From: an uncultured Pseudomonadales bacterium
Lineage (GTDB): Bacteria; Pseudomonadota; Gammaproteobacteria; Pseudomonadales; Azotimanducaceae
Length of the DNA: 64,000 nucleotides
NCBI GenBank assembly: GCA_964640725.1
Contig: CAZXIJ010000013.1
Location: 6,858-70,857, forward strand
Reading direction: 5' to 3'
The notes beneath the pieces were generated by a model that searched no databases, was not told the DNA's origin, and was given only the letters and a program-made list of their open reading frames with translations. The position numbers were made by a program, and so were the translations under genes. Shown in pieces: positions 1 to 8,505 of the stretch (positions within the stretch are counted from its first letter, which is position 1; each line of letters starts with the position of its first letter).

Positions 1-332
1 CGACCATGTACCAGTGTGCAAAAGACCTGGGGCTGGACGTGCTGATCGAAGTGCACGACAGCAAGGAACTGGCCGCGGCACAGACGCTGCAGCCACCGCT
101 GATCGGCATCAACAATCGGAATCTGAAAACCTTCGAGACCAGCGTCGACCACACCCTGGCTCTGGCGCCCAACGTGGCCTCAGGAACTCAGGTGGTGACA
201 GAAAGCGGGATCAACGATCCAGGCGTGGTGAAACTGCTGCGTCGCAACGGCATCGGAACCTTCCTGGTGGGCGAGGCCTTTATGCGGCAGACCGATCCCG
301 GTGCCGCGCTGCAGGCGCTGTTCCGGGACTAG
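1..332 (+). CDS. trpC: indole-3-glycerol phosphate synthase, C-terminal fragment (5' end lies outside the window)
   Basis: The frame of ORF 6..332 stays open back to base 1. The translation (LIEVHD...GINNRNLKTFE...ESGI...FLVGEAFM) matches the conserved C-terminal barrel of TrpC. Stop TAG at 330-332. Confidence 0.9.
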   Translation, partial: TMYQCAKDLGLDVLIEVHDSKELAAAQTLQPPLIGINNRNLKTFETSVDHTLALAPNVASGTQVVTESGINDPGVVKLLRRNGIGTFLVGEAFMRQTDPGAALQALFRD

Positions 333-1105
333 AGCGCGCGCGCGAGCGCCGCGACGGTACCCGAGCCCAGCACGTTCACATCCACTGCCGGGGTACCACG
401 GTAACGCAGGTCCCCAGACCCGAGGACGCTGCCCTCAAGCGCTTCGTCAACGCTGATCTCCGCATCGCCCGAGCCTGCGATGTTGATCTGCGCGAGCCGC
501 GAAGACAGGCCCTGGGCCCGATAGCCGCCGGAGCCGGCAATGTTCAGACGCTGCGCCTCGGCGCGGCCGGTGAGCTGCACGTCGCCGCTGCCGGAAATGT
601 TGGCGCTGGTCGTGTCGACCGCGAGCGCGTCGACCTGCGCCGCGCCAGACCCGGCCAGGCTGACCGCAAAGACGTCGCCGGTCAGGGCCGGGATGCTGAC
701 GCTGGCGCTGCCGCTGACCGACAGATCAAAGCGCGCGCTGTCGAGCGCGTCGGTCGTGACGCCACCGCTGCCGGCCACCGCCAGGGCCTTCAGCGTTTCA
801 TAGGCCACTGCCACCTTGATGCCAGCAAGATCGACTTTGCGCCAGCCGCGCTTGCGCTCGATCACCAGCGTGCCGTCCTCGACCCTGACGGCGATGGCCT
901 CAAGCTGCTTGTCTGTGGCCTCGATCTCGACCGCCGGCAGGGCCGCACGCGCGAGGGTCAACGAGCCCGGTAGCGCGTAGCGCACGGCGTCGAAGGCAGC
1001 CAGGGCATCGCCACCGGTTGAGCGGTCCGCCGCATCGACCAGGCTCGTCCATAACAGAACGCCGGCAGCCAGAAGTCCTGCGAGAATCAGATGGATCCGG
1101 GACAT
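329..1105 (-). CDS. secreted DUF2807 / putative adhesin-head (GIN-like) beta-repeat protein
   Basis: N-terminal signal-like segment MSRIHLILAGLLAAGVLLW. Repeated [AS]GSG(D/A)..V units (VSGSASV, LAGSGAA, ISGSGDV, IAGSGGY, IAGSGDA, VLGSGDL, VLGSGTV) are typical of DUF2807. ATG at 1105; the ORF-track start at 1123 is a GTG. Confidence 0.75.
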   Translation of the reverse strand: MSRIHLILAGLLAAGVLLWTSLVDAADRSTGGDALAAFDAVRYALPGSLTLARAALPAVEIEATDKQLEAIAVRVEDGTLVIERKRGWRKVDLAGIKVAVAYETLKALAVAGSGGVTTDALDSARFDLSVSGSASVSIPALTGDVFAVSLAGSGAAQVDALAVDTTSANISGSGDVQLTGRAEAQRLNIAGSGGYRAQGLSSRLAQINIAGSGDAEISVDEALEGSVLGSGDLRYRGTPAVDVNVLGSGTVAALARAL

Positions 1106-1173
1106 GACACAGCGTCTTTTCACATAAGGTTCACTGCACCCTAATCAACCGCTGACGGTGACGCAACAGACAC

Positions 1174-1200
1174 AAAAAAGGCGGCCCATGGCCGCCTTTT
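1174..1200. terminator. bidirectional rho-independent terminator-like hairpin downstream of crp
   Basis: AAAAAA-GGCGGCC-cat-GGCCGCC-TTTT. A perfect 7-bp GC stem (1180-1186 / 1190-1196) is flanked by an A-run and a T-run. On the minus strand the stem is followed by TTTTTT, 86 nt after the crp stop. Confidence 0.7.
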
Positions 1201-1285
1201 CGGACAAGAAATTGCACGTCCTTGTGCCCGGCCCCGCGTTCGATCCATCGAATCGCGCAGCCGTGTCCTTGTTGTCGCGGTGGGC

Positions 1286-1987
1286 TCAGCGGGTGCCGAA
1301 AACCACCATGGTCTTGCCCTTGACGCTTACCAGGCCCTGGTCCACCAGAGTCTTCAGTACCCGTCCGACCATCTCCCGGGAACAACCGACGATGCGGCCG
1401 ATTTCCTGACGGGTAATCTTGATCTGCATGCCGTCCGGATGCGTCATGGCATCAGGCTGCTTGGTCAGTTCCAGCAAGGTGCGCGCCACTCGGCCCGTCA
1501 CGTCCAGGAACGCCAGGTCGCTGACTTTCTGCGTCGTGCGGTTCAGGCGGTCTGCCAGCTGCTTGCCTACGGCGTAAAGCAGCTCGGAGTGCTTGCTGGC
1601 CAGTTCCTTGAACTTGCCATAGGACAGCTCAGCAACTTCGCATTCGGTCTTGGCCTTGACCCAGGCACTGCGCGGCGCATCGTCAACGAACAACGGCATC
1701 TCGCCAAAGAAGTCGCCCTTGTTCAGATAAGATACGATGATCTCGCGACCTGACTCGTCCTCGACCAGCACCGTCACGGAGCCTTTCAGGATGTAGTAAA
1801 TCGAGTCGCTTTTGTCGCCGGCGTAGATCAGAGTGCTCTTCGCCGGATACTTGCGCCGATGCGCTGCCGTCAAAAACGCATCGAGATGCGAGTTGTCTTG
1901 CGTGTTCGGCTGCATGCCAAACGTCTTCGTTGCCAGAGGTCGTTTGGCATTTACGCTGCCAAACTGAGGGTTCTTCGCTGCAAGCAT
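1286..1987 (-). CDS. crp: cAMP receptor protein CRP/Vfr global transcriptional regulator
   Basis: Near-colinear with Vfr/CRP: [32 protein letters not shown], and the C-terminal [23 protein letters not shown]...[17 protein letters not shown] lies 10 nt upstream of the ATG at 1987. An alternative ATG at 1915 gives a length closer to Vfr. Confidence 0.95.
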   Translation of the reverse strand: MLAAKNPQFGSVNAKRPLATKTFGMQPNTQDNSHLDAFLTAAHRRKYPAKSTLIYAGDKSDSIYYILKGSVTVLVEDESGREIIVSYLNKGDFFGEMPLFVDDAPRSAWVKAKTECEVAELSYGKFKELASKHSELLYAVGKQLADRLNRTTQKVSDLAFLDVTGRVARTLLELTKQPDAMTHPDGMQIKITRQEIGRIVGCSREMVGRVLKTLVDQGLVSVKGKTMVVFGTR

Positions 1988-2164
1988 TTGTGTTCCGCTC
2001 CTTCGTCACGCCTTGCGATGAATGAATACTGGCACACGGCTTTTGACTGGAACGAGACCTGGTCGACAAACGGCGCGCTTTCACAGTATGAGCGGTCGCT
2101 GGATCACTGATTTCAGGGGTTCGCGGTCACGGGATTGCAAACACAGGAGCAAACAGCGGTTGCC

Positions 2165-2584
2165 ATGCAGGCCAATATAGAGTGGGTTGAGAAGGTACGG
2201 TTTCACGCTTCGAGCGGTTCTGGGCACCAGGTCACGGTCGACGGGGCTGCCGAGGCTGGCGGCGAAAACGCCGGGGCACGGCCCATGGAACTGCTGCTGA
2301 TGGGGCTCGGCGGCTGCACCGCCTACGACGTGATCACGATTTTAGGCAAATCCCGACAGACCGTGACCAGCTGCGTCGCCGAGCTCGAAGCCACGCGCAG
2401 TGACGGCGTTCCCGCCGTGTTCGAGGCCATTCACGTGCACTTCCGGATCAAGGGCGAAAATCTTGACGAATCCAGGGTCCGGCGCGCCGTTTCTTTGTCA
2501 GCAGAAAAGTACTGTTCAGCCTCCATCATGCTGGCCCGGGGCGGGGTCAGGATCACCCACGCGTTCACCATTGAGCAGGACTGA
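2165..2584 (+). CDS. OsmC family peroxiredoxin-like protein
   Basis: OsmC hallmarks: PMELLLMGLGGCTAYDV and the second Cys in SAEKYCSAS. ATG at 2165; the ORF-track start at 2135 is a TTG. Divergent from crp, as in Pseudomonas (recollection). Confidence 0.85.
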   Translation: MQANIEWVEKVRFHASSGSGHQVTVDGAAEAGGENAGARPMELLLMGLGGCTAYDVITILGKSRQTVTSCVAELEATRSDGVPAVFEAIHVHFRIKGENLDESRVRRAVSLSAEKYCSASIMLARGGVRITHAFTIEQD

Positions 2585-2588
2585 AGCC

Positions 2589-3002
2589 ATGGCCCAACGC
2601 CCCCCTGCCCAGGCCGGGCTGCGACACGTCGCGCTGTTCGTGCCGGACCTCGACGCCTGCGAGCACTTTTACTGCACGGTGCTGGGCATGAAAGAAGAAT
2701 GGCGACCGGATGCCGACAATCTCTACCTGTCTTCCGGCAACGATAACCTGGCGCTGCACCGGGCCACGGCGCCAGAGCGCGAATCGCCTGCTGGCAGCCC
2801 GGGGCTCGACCACATCGGGTTTGTCCTCGACCAGATCGAACACGTGGATTTGTGGCACAGCTTCCTGCAGTCGCAGCAGGTGCCGATTGCCCAGCCGCCC
2901 AGAACCCATCGGGACGGCGCCCGCTCGCTGTATTGCCGGGACCCGGCAGGCAATCTGGTGCAGCTGATTTACCATCCACCCATCGCGGGCTGGCGCGGCT
3001 AG
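2589..3002 (+). CDS. VOC (glyoxalase/bleomycin-resistance/dioxygenase) family protein
   Basis: Internal ATG at 2589, 4 nt after the osmC stop. LRHVALFVPDLDACEHFYCTVLGM and GLDHIGF...DPAGNLVQL are typical VOC beta-alpha-beta-beta-beta modules. The upstream part of ORF 2400..3002 overlaps osmC and looks non-coding. Confidence 0.85.
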   Translation: MAQRPPAQAGLRHVALFVPDLDACEHFYCTVLGMKEEWRPDADNLYLSSGNDNLALHRATAPERESPAGSPGLDHIGFVLDQIEHVDLWHSFLQSQQVPIAQPPRTHRDGARSLYCRDPAGNLVQLIYHPPIAGWRG

Positions 3003-3094
3003 CGATCCTGGCCGGATCAGACTTTCCTTCACACAGAACCAGCCGTTGATCTGTGAAAGCGATCACGGACCTCGCCGCGACGCGATCATAGGCT

Positions 3095-3478
3095 GTGTCT
3101 TCAGCAACGCTACAGGGCCTGCGCGTGACGAGCACTTCTTTACAACGATTCGAAGGTCGCATCTACGCGGCAGAAGGGCAGCTCCACATGGTGGTGGCCG
3201 TCGACAACGCCGCCGCGACCGCTCAGGTCAGCACCCGCATAGACGGAAGTCACGTGCTGCTGACGGTGCCGCTCACCACAGTCCGCGGCCACCTTGCGGA
3301 AGGCGGCGACCTGGACCTCAAGGGCATGGGTCGCAGCGGCAAGGCCAGGGTTCAGCAGCGCAGCGGCGGGTGGTTCTACTCGACTCGCGAAGGCCTGCAA
3401 GGGCCTTTTCCCACCGAGGCCGCCGCACAGCAGGGGCTGGACGCCTACGTGCTGGGACCGATGACAGCCACCGGCTAA
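3095..3478 (+). CDS. hypothetical protein with C-terminal GWFYSTREG..GPF motif
   Basis: It is the only sizeable ORF filling this gap, and the C-terminal motif resembles small conserved proteobacterial DUF proteins (recollection, unverified). The start is a GTG and there is no early ATG, so the start is uncertain. Confidence 0.45.
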   Translation: MSSATLQGLRVTSTSLQRFEGRIYAAEGQLHMVVAVDNAAATAQVSTRIDGSHVLLTVPLTTVRGHLAEGGDLDLKGMGRSGKARVQQRSGGWFYSTREGLQGPFPTEAAAQQGLDAYVLGPMTATG

Positions 3479-3556
3479 TTTGGCTCTCAGCCTCCGAATT
3501 CGATAGCATCCCTGCAGGCCGCGACGCCATGTCGCGACATGCACGAGGGTGTCAGC

Positions 3557-3946
3557 ATGCCAATGTCCCGCCGATTTTCACGAATTCGTCAATTAAATGC
3601 GCTTTTTAGAGCTCTATCTTGCGTATTTGTCCTGGTGCTCAGCGCTAACGCCGGCGCCAAGGAAATGGACCTGACCCGCTGCGCGTTCTCCCAGCCGCCA
3701 GTCATTGCCGAGGGCGCGACCGCGACTCAGGAACAGATGACAGCCAGCGCGACCGCGGTCCGCAGCTTTATGGGCGCCATGCAGGACTCCCTGGATTGCC
3801 TGGAAGCGGCGGAGAAAGCGATGGGGGACGAGATCACCGAAGAACAGAAAATCATGGTCACCGCGGCCTACAACTCCGGCGTGGACAAGCTCAACAAGAT
3901 CGCCGAGCGCTACAACAGCGAAGTGCGGGCTTTCAAAAACCGCTGA
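3557..3946 (+). CDS. secreted hypothetical protein (signal peptide, helical, two Cys)
   Basis: GAGGG lies 7 nt upstream of the ATG at 3557. The signal peptide is RALSCVFVLVLSANAGA|KE. The remainder is Ala/Glu/Met-rich. No family recognised. Confidence 0.6.
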   Translation: MPMSRRFSRIRQLNALFRALSCVFVLVLSANAGAKEMDLTRCAFSQPPVIAEGATATQEQMTASATAVRSFMGAMQDSLDCLEAAEKAMGDEITEEQKIMVTAAYNSGVDKLNKIAERYNSEVRAFKNR

Positions 3947-3950
3947 GCCG

Positions 3951-4574
3951 CTAAAGGTGATAGGTCGTACGGGTCATCACCTGCGCGGCCAACCGCATCA
4001 ATCCCTTCACCGGCGCGGGAAACTCCGCGCCTCCGGCCTGCAGCGCTTCTTCGCCGTGCCGGGCTTCATCCTCACGCATCTGCATCAGAATATCCCGGCT
4101 GCGCGCGTCGTCTGCTGGCAGCCGCTCCAGATGCTCGTCCAGGTGTCGGCAGACCAGGTCTTCTGTGGCTTCCACAAACCCCAGGCTGGTGCGGTCGCCG
4201 AGCAGCGCGGTGGCGGCGCCCATGGCGAAGGAGGCCCCGTAAAAAAGAGGCCCGAGCCGGCTGGGGCGGGCTTCCAGCTCCGTCAGCCGCGTCTCGCACC
4301 AGGCCAGGTGGTCGGTTTCCTCCCGGGCGGCAGCCCGCAGCTGGTCGCGGACCGCAGCACTGCGAGCGACCAGTGCCTGGCCGTCATAGAGCGCCTGGGC
4401 GCAGACTTCACCCACATGGTTCACCCGCATCAGGCCCGCCGCGTGGGCCCGTTCGGCGTCTTTAAGATCCGCCGGGGCGCTGCGCGCAGGCAGGGGTCGG
4501 GCCGCATGGCTTTCGCCAGCGACGGTTCGCAGCGCGCGGTCAAAGCCGACGATGAGGTTGTCTACAAATGCCAT
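3951..4574 (-). CDS. coq7: 2-nonaprenyl-3-methyl-6-methoxy-1,4-benzoquinol hydroxylase (di-iron Coq7)
   Basis: The typical Coq7 N-terminus ([13 protein letters not shown]) and the di-iron carboxylate motifs EETDHLAW and EDEARHGE. Length 207 aa. Confidence 0.93.
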   Translation of the reverse strand: MAFVDNLIVGFDRALRTVAGESHAARPLPARSAPADLKDAERAHAAGLMRVNHVGEVCAQALYDGQALVARSAAVRDQLRAAAREETDHLAWCETRLTELEARPSRLGPLFYGASFAMGAATALLGDRTSLGFVEATEDLVCRHLDEHLERLPADDARSRDILMQMREDEARHGEEALQAGGAEFPAPVKGLMRLAAQVMTRTTYHL

Positions 4575-4646
4575 AAGCGCTGACAGGATCCCGGTTATTG
4601 CCTTCGAGCAACCGCTATTCTAAGCCCCTGATTGTGAAGGAACACA

Positions 4647-6134
4647 ATGCGAGAGGCCGTCATGGCAGACACCAAAGACCTGGGCATGATCATCGACGCC
4701 AATATTCCGCTGGTGGCGATCGAGTCTCCGGACGAACGCCGGGTGCTCGCCCTGTTGCTGCGGCTTTCCCTGAACCGCGGCATGCGCTTTTACGAGTGGA
4801 CGGCAACCCGCGGCCTGCGTCGCGGCGGCCTGGACGGCCAGCCACAGGAAACCGGGGCGCACCTGGAACCCGAGGCGCTTCTCGCCCATATCGCCAGCGA
4901 GCCGGGCCCGGGCCTGTACGCGCTTTGCGACTTCCACTCGTACCTGAAAGACGAGCCGAAAATCCTGCGCTACCTGAAGGACATCGCGCTTGCTCAGGAG
5001 CAGCTCGGCAACACCATCGTACTGATCAGCCATCAGCTGACCGTGCCCGCCGAGATCGGCCGGTTTACCGCCAAGTTTGAGCTGCGTCTGCCCAGCGACG
5101 AGGAACTCATGGCGCTGGTACGGCAAATCGCCAGGGAATGGTCCAGGCGCAACAGCGGGCGCAAGGTCAAAACTGACAACGACACCCTGGCGCGGCTCAT
5201 CGCCAACCTGCGCGGCGTCTCCCACGCCGATGCCCGGGTCCTGGTCCGCCACGCGATCTTCAACGACGGCGCCATCACCGAGTCCGACCTGCCAGACGTG
5301 AACCGGCTCAAGTTCGATCTGCTGGACGCCGAAGGCGTGCTGCAGTTTGAGTACGACACGGAGGTCTTCAGCAACGTGGCCGGCCTCGAAAACCTCAAGC
5401 AGTGGCTCGCCCTGCGGCGCGAAGCCTTCATCGAAGCGCAGCAGGACCGGCCTCGCGGGGTGATGCTGCTGGGGGTTCAGGGCGGCGGCAAAAGTCTCGC
5501 TGCCAAAGCGATTGCCGGCTTCTGGGGCCTGCCGCTGGTGCGGCTGGATTTTGGCGCGCTGTACAACAAGTTCTTTGGCGAGACGGAGCGCAACCTGCGC
5601 AACTCCCTGAAGCAGGCGGAGATGATGGCGCCGTGCGTTCTGTGGATGGACGAAATCGAGAAAGGCATCGCCACCGGCACCAGCGATAACGCGACATCGA
5701 AACGCGTGCTCGCCACGCTGCTCACCTGGATGGCCGAGAACGACAGCGCGGTGTTCATCGTTGCGACCAGCAACGACATCGCCGAGCTGCCCCCGGAGCT
5801 GGTGCGCAAGGGACGCATGGACGAAGTGTTCTTCGTCGATCTGCCGGACCGGGACACGCGGGCCGAGATCTTTCGCATTCACCTGCGCAAACGCCAGCTG
5901 GATCTGGCGGCCTACGACATGCTCGCCCTTGCCGATGCCACCGACGGCTACACCGGTGCCGAGATCGAAGAGAGCATTGTCTCGGCGCGCTATCTGGCCA
6001 GCGCGCGCTCCGAGGTGCTGAGCCAGCAGGATGTACTGGCCGCCATCCATCGTACCTACCCGATGTCTGTCATGCGCGCCGAGAGCATTGCTCAGCTGCG
6101 CCACTGGGCGCAGGACCGGACCGCGCCGGCGTAG
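4647..6134 (+). CDS. AAA+ family ATPase (Ycf46-like architecture: N-terminal domain plus one AAA module)
   Basis: Walker A GVQGGGKSLAAKA, Walker B VLWMDEIEK, sensor/arginine-finger region ATSNDIAELPPELVRKGRMDEVF. GAAGGAA lies 5 nt upstream of the ATG at 4647. Confidence 0.85.
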   Translation: MREAVMADTKDLGMIIDANIPLVAIESPDERRVLALLLRLSLNRGMRFYEWTATRGLRRGGLDGQPQETGAHLEPEALLAHIASEPGPGLYALCDFHSYLKDEPKILRYLKDIALAQEQLGNTIVLISHQLTVPAEIGRFTAKFELRLPSDEELMALVRQIAREWSRRNSGRKVKTDNDTLARLIANLRGVSHADARVLVRHAIFNDGAITESDLPDVNRLKFDLLDAEGVLQFEYDTEVFSNVAGLENLKQWLALRREAFIEAQQDRPRGVMLLGVQGGGKSLAAKAIAGFWGLPLVRLDFGALYNKFFGETERNLRNSLKQAEMMAPCVLWMDEIEKGIATGTSDNATSKRVLATLLTWMAENDSAVFIVATSNDIAELPPELVRKGRMDEVFFVDLPDRDTRAEIFRIHLRKRQLDLAAYDMLALADATDGYTGAEIEESIVSARYLASARSEVLSQQDVLAAIHRTYPMSVMRAESIAQLRHWAQDRTAPA

Positions 6135-7077
6135 CGCGATCATCGGTACCGTCCAGCAGGACCACCGCCTGCAGCCCGCGCTGCAGCAACAGGAAGACCG
6201 CCAGGGCCCGGGCCGGGACAGAGCCCCCGGTGACCGCATAGCTGGCATGCCGGGACAGCTCATCAAGGTGCAGGCGCAGGTCAGCCAGCGGCAACTGCAA
6301 GGCGCCGGCCATCGCCCCCTCCCCCAGGTTCAGCAGCTGGCTGCCGGCAACGGCCGGCGCGCGCGCAAAGGGCACCACGCCGTGCACCAGCAACTCCAGG
6401 AAAGGGCGTCGAGGCAAGCTCATCAGGGTCGCCGCTGACAACAGGGTGACCGACGCGTTGCGGCGAGCGCCGCTGATCAGTGCGTCTTCGCCGAAAAAGT
6501 CCCCTGGACCCAGATAGGCCAACGGCTGCGCGCCGCGATGGACCACGGCCTGGCCCTCGCGAAGCACGAAGAAGCGATCACCGCGCGCGCCCTGCTGCAG
6601 CACCCGGTCACCGCGCTGCCCCTGCTCTGGGCTCATGCCCCGAAGGATGCGCTGCCAACGGCCCGTGTCGAGCCGGCGCAGCAACCGCGAGTCAAAGAAC
6701 CGGACCAGCCAGGGCTCGTGCTCAAACTGCAGCCCGTTGAGGTCGCCGCCGATATCTTCCAGCAGAAATCGCAGCGGCTGCGTCTCGATTTGCAGCACAT
6801 GCACCGCATCGGGGGCGTAGACGGCCCCGGCACCCGGGTAGAACGGCGCCCGCGCTTCCGGCGCGCTCGCGCGCAAGGTCAGGGGCTGCCCGACGCCGCG
6901 CTTGATGCGCAGCCGCCCGCGCGTCAGAAAGTACAGCCCGGACAACCGGCGCCCGGGCCGCAACAGCCACCGGTTCCCCGGCAGCACGAGGGCCTGGGTA
7001 TGGCTGGCAACGGTTTCCAGTTCAGCACCAGTCAGGTGCGCGAAGGGCTGCAGGTCTCTGAGCGTATCGGCAAGCAT
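6070..7077 (-). CDS. tandem cyclic-nucleotide-binding domain protein with C-terminal rhodanese-like (Cys-less) region
   Basis: The second cNMP domain has the phosphate-binding cassette GDFFGEDALISGARRNASV. The first domain is more degenerate. The C-terminus (YAVTGGSVPARALAVFLLLQRGLQAVVLLDG) resembles a rhodanese active-site loop with Thr in place of Cys (inference). ATG at 7077; the track start at 7095 is a TTG. Confidence 0.7.
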   Translation of the reverse strand: MLADTLRDLQPFAHLTGAELETVASHTQALVLPGNRWLLRPGRRLSGLYFLTRGRLRIKRGVGQPLTLRASAPEARAPFYPGAGAVYAPDAVHVLQIETQPLRFLLEDIGGDLNGLQFEHEPWLVRFFDSRLLRRLDTGRWQRILRGMSPEQGQRGDRVLQQGARGDRFFVLREGQAVVHRGAQPLAYLGPGDFFGEDALISGARRNASVTLLSAATLMSLPRRPFLELLVHGVVPFARAPAVAGSQLLNLGEGAMAGALQLPLADLRLHLDELSRHASYAVTGGSVPARALAVFLLLQRGLQAVVLLDGTDDRATPARSGPAPSGAAEQCSRRA

Positions 7078-7201
7078 GGCGACACAGTGCCGCAAGCGGG
7101 CCCCGGGGACTGCCAGTCAGAAACGGCGGTTCCTGTACGGCAGGAGCGAGACGGCGCGACCGTTCCTGCAGGCGCGCCAACCCTGGGCCTGGCCACCGCC
7201 T

Positions 7202-8482
7202 CTAGTCGCCGGCCGTGATGGCCCGGTGCCCGATATCCTTGCGGAAGTAACAGCCATCGAAGTCGACGGCCGCAACCCCTTCGTAGGCCCGGCGCTGCGC
7301 CGTCGCAACATCGTCGCCCAGGCCCACCACGCACAGCACGCGACCGCCGCTGGTCGTGATCGCATCGCCCTGCTGCCGGGTCCCGGCGTGAAAAACCCGC
7401 AGGCTTTCTTCCGGCGCGGGCACCGCGCGCACGGGCATGCCTTTGGCATAGCTGCCCGGGTAGCCCTCGGCCGCGAGCACGACACCGAGCGCCGTGCGCG
7501 GATCGAAGCGCAAGGTGACGTCCGCAAGGCCGACAGTCACTGCCGCGCAGCAGGCCGAGAACAGATCGCTGCGCAGCCGCATCATGATGGGCTGCGCTTC
7601 CGGATCGCCAAAGCGGCAGTTGAACTCGATCACGCGCGGCGCGCCGCTCGAATCGATCATGAGCCCCGCGTAAAGAAAGCCCTGATAGGGCATGCCATCG
7701 GCCTGCATGCCAGCCAGGGTGGGCTCAATCACCTCGCGCATGACGCGTTCGTGCAAGGCGTCATCGATCAGCGGCGCGGGCGAGTAGGCACCCATGCCGC
7801 CCGTGTTCGGCCCTTGATCACCGTCGTCCCGGGCCTTGTGATCCTGGGAGCTGGCAAAGGGCACCGCCCGCTCGCCGTCGCACAGACAGATGAAGCTGGC
7901 CTCTTCCCCCGGCAGGAACTCCTCGATCACGACCCGGTGGCCGGCATCCCCAAAGGCGTTGCCGCTGAGCATATCGCGCACGGCCTGCTCAGCCTGTTCA
8001 CGGGTTTGCGCCACGACCACGCCCTTGCCAGCCGCCAGGCCGTCCGCTTTGACAACGATCGGTGCACCCTGCTCATGCAGGTAAGCCAGAGCCGCGTCGA
8101 GATCTGTGAAGCTTTCATAGGCCGCAGTGGGAATGCCGTGCCGCGCCAGGAAAGCTTTGGTGAAGGCCTTGGAACCCTCGAGCTGCGCTGCGGCCCGGCT
8201 GGGCCCGAAGCACAGCAGCTCCCTCGCATCAAAGTAGTCGCGAATGCCTTCGACCAGCGGCGCTTCCGGACCCACGACGGTGAGCGCGACATCGTTCGCG
8301 CTGGCAAAGTCCGCAAGGGCTGGCAAGTCCAGCACATCGATCGCGACGTTCTCGCAGCCGGGCTCTGCGGCGGTGCCTGCATTGCCCGGCGCAACATAGA
8401 CTCCGGTTACCGCAGGGCTGGAAGCCAGCCGCCAGGCCAGAGCGTGTTCGCGACCGCCGCTGCCGATCACCAGTACTTTCAT
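7202..8482 (-). CDS. purD: phosphoribosylamine--glycine ligase
   Basis: MKVLVIGSGGREHALAWRLA..., with full-length ATP-grasp PurD similarity. 426 aa. Confidence 0.97.
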   Translation of the reverse strand: MKVLVIGSGGREHALAWRLASSPAVTGVYVAPGNAGTAAEPGCENVAIDVLDLPALADFASANDVALTVVGPEAPLVEGIRDYFDARELLCFGPSRAAAQLEGSKAFTKAFLARHGIPTAAYESFTDLDAALAYLHEQGAPIVVKADGLAAGKGVVVAQTREQAEQAVRDMLSGNAFGDAGHRVVIEEFLPGEEASFICLCDGERAVPFASSQDHKARDDGDQGPNTGGMGAYSPAPLIDDALHERVMREVIEPTLAGMQADGMPYQGFLYAGLMIDSSGAPRVIEFNCRFGDPEAQPIMMRLRSDLFSACCAAVTVGLADVTLRFDPRTALGVVLAAEGYPGSYAKGMPVRAVPAPEESLRVFHAGTRQQGDAITTSGGRVLCVVGLGDDVATAQRRAYEGVAAVDFDGCYFRKDIGHRAITAGD

Positions 8483-8505
8483 GCGCCTGCCTTGCCGCTC
8501 GGGCC

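Noticed and set aside
1235-1257. tRNA-like GTTCGATCC T-loop motif downstream of crp
   Set aside because: Only the T-loop-like heptamer is present. I cannot build acceptor, D and anticodon arms from the flanks, so I treat it as a bulged palindrome, not a tRNA or tRNA fragment.
1988-2164. CRP/Vfr autoregulatory site in the crp-osmC divergent region
   Set aside because: I looked for TGTGA-N6-TCACA. I found only TGTGT...TCACG with a spacing of about 12 nt, plus isolated TCAC half-sites. No convincing match.
4620-6266. 548-aa ORF antisense to the AAA+ ATPase gene
   Set aside because: The translation is Arg/Gly/Pro/Ala-rich with no recognisable motifs. The opposite strand encodes a protein with clear Walker A/B motifs. 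This is a typical shadow frame in high-GC DNA.
4647-7077. Possible cyclic-nucleotide-based defence system (Pycsar/CBASS-like) suggested by the cNMP-binding protein next to an ATPase
   Set aside because: No nucleotide cyclase or CD-NTase is present. There is no TIR, TM-pore, nuclease or other effector domain. The genes are convergent rather than operonic, and the flanks are conserved housekeeping genes (coq7, purD).
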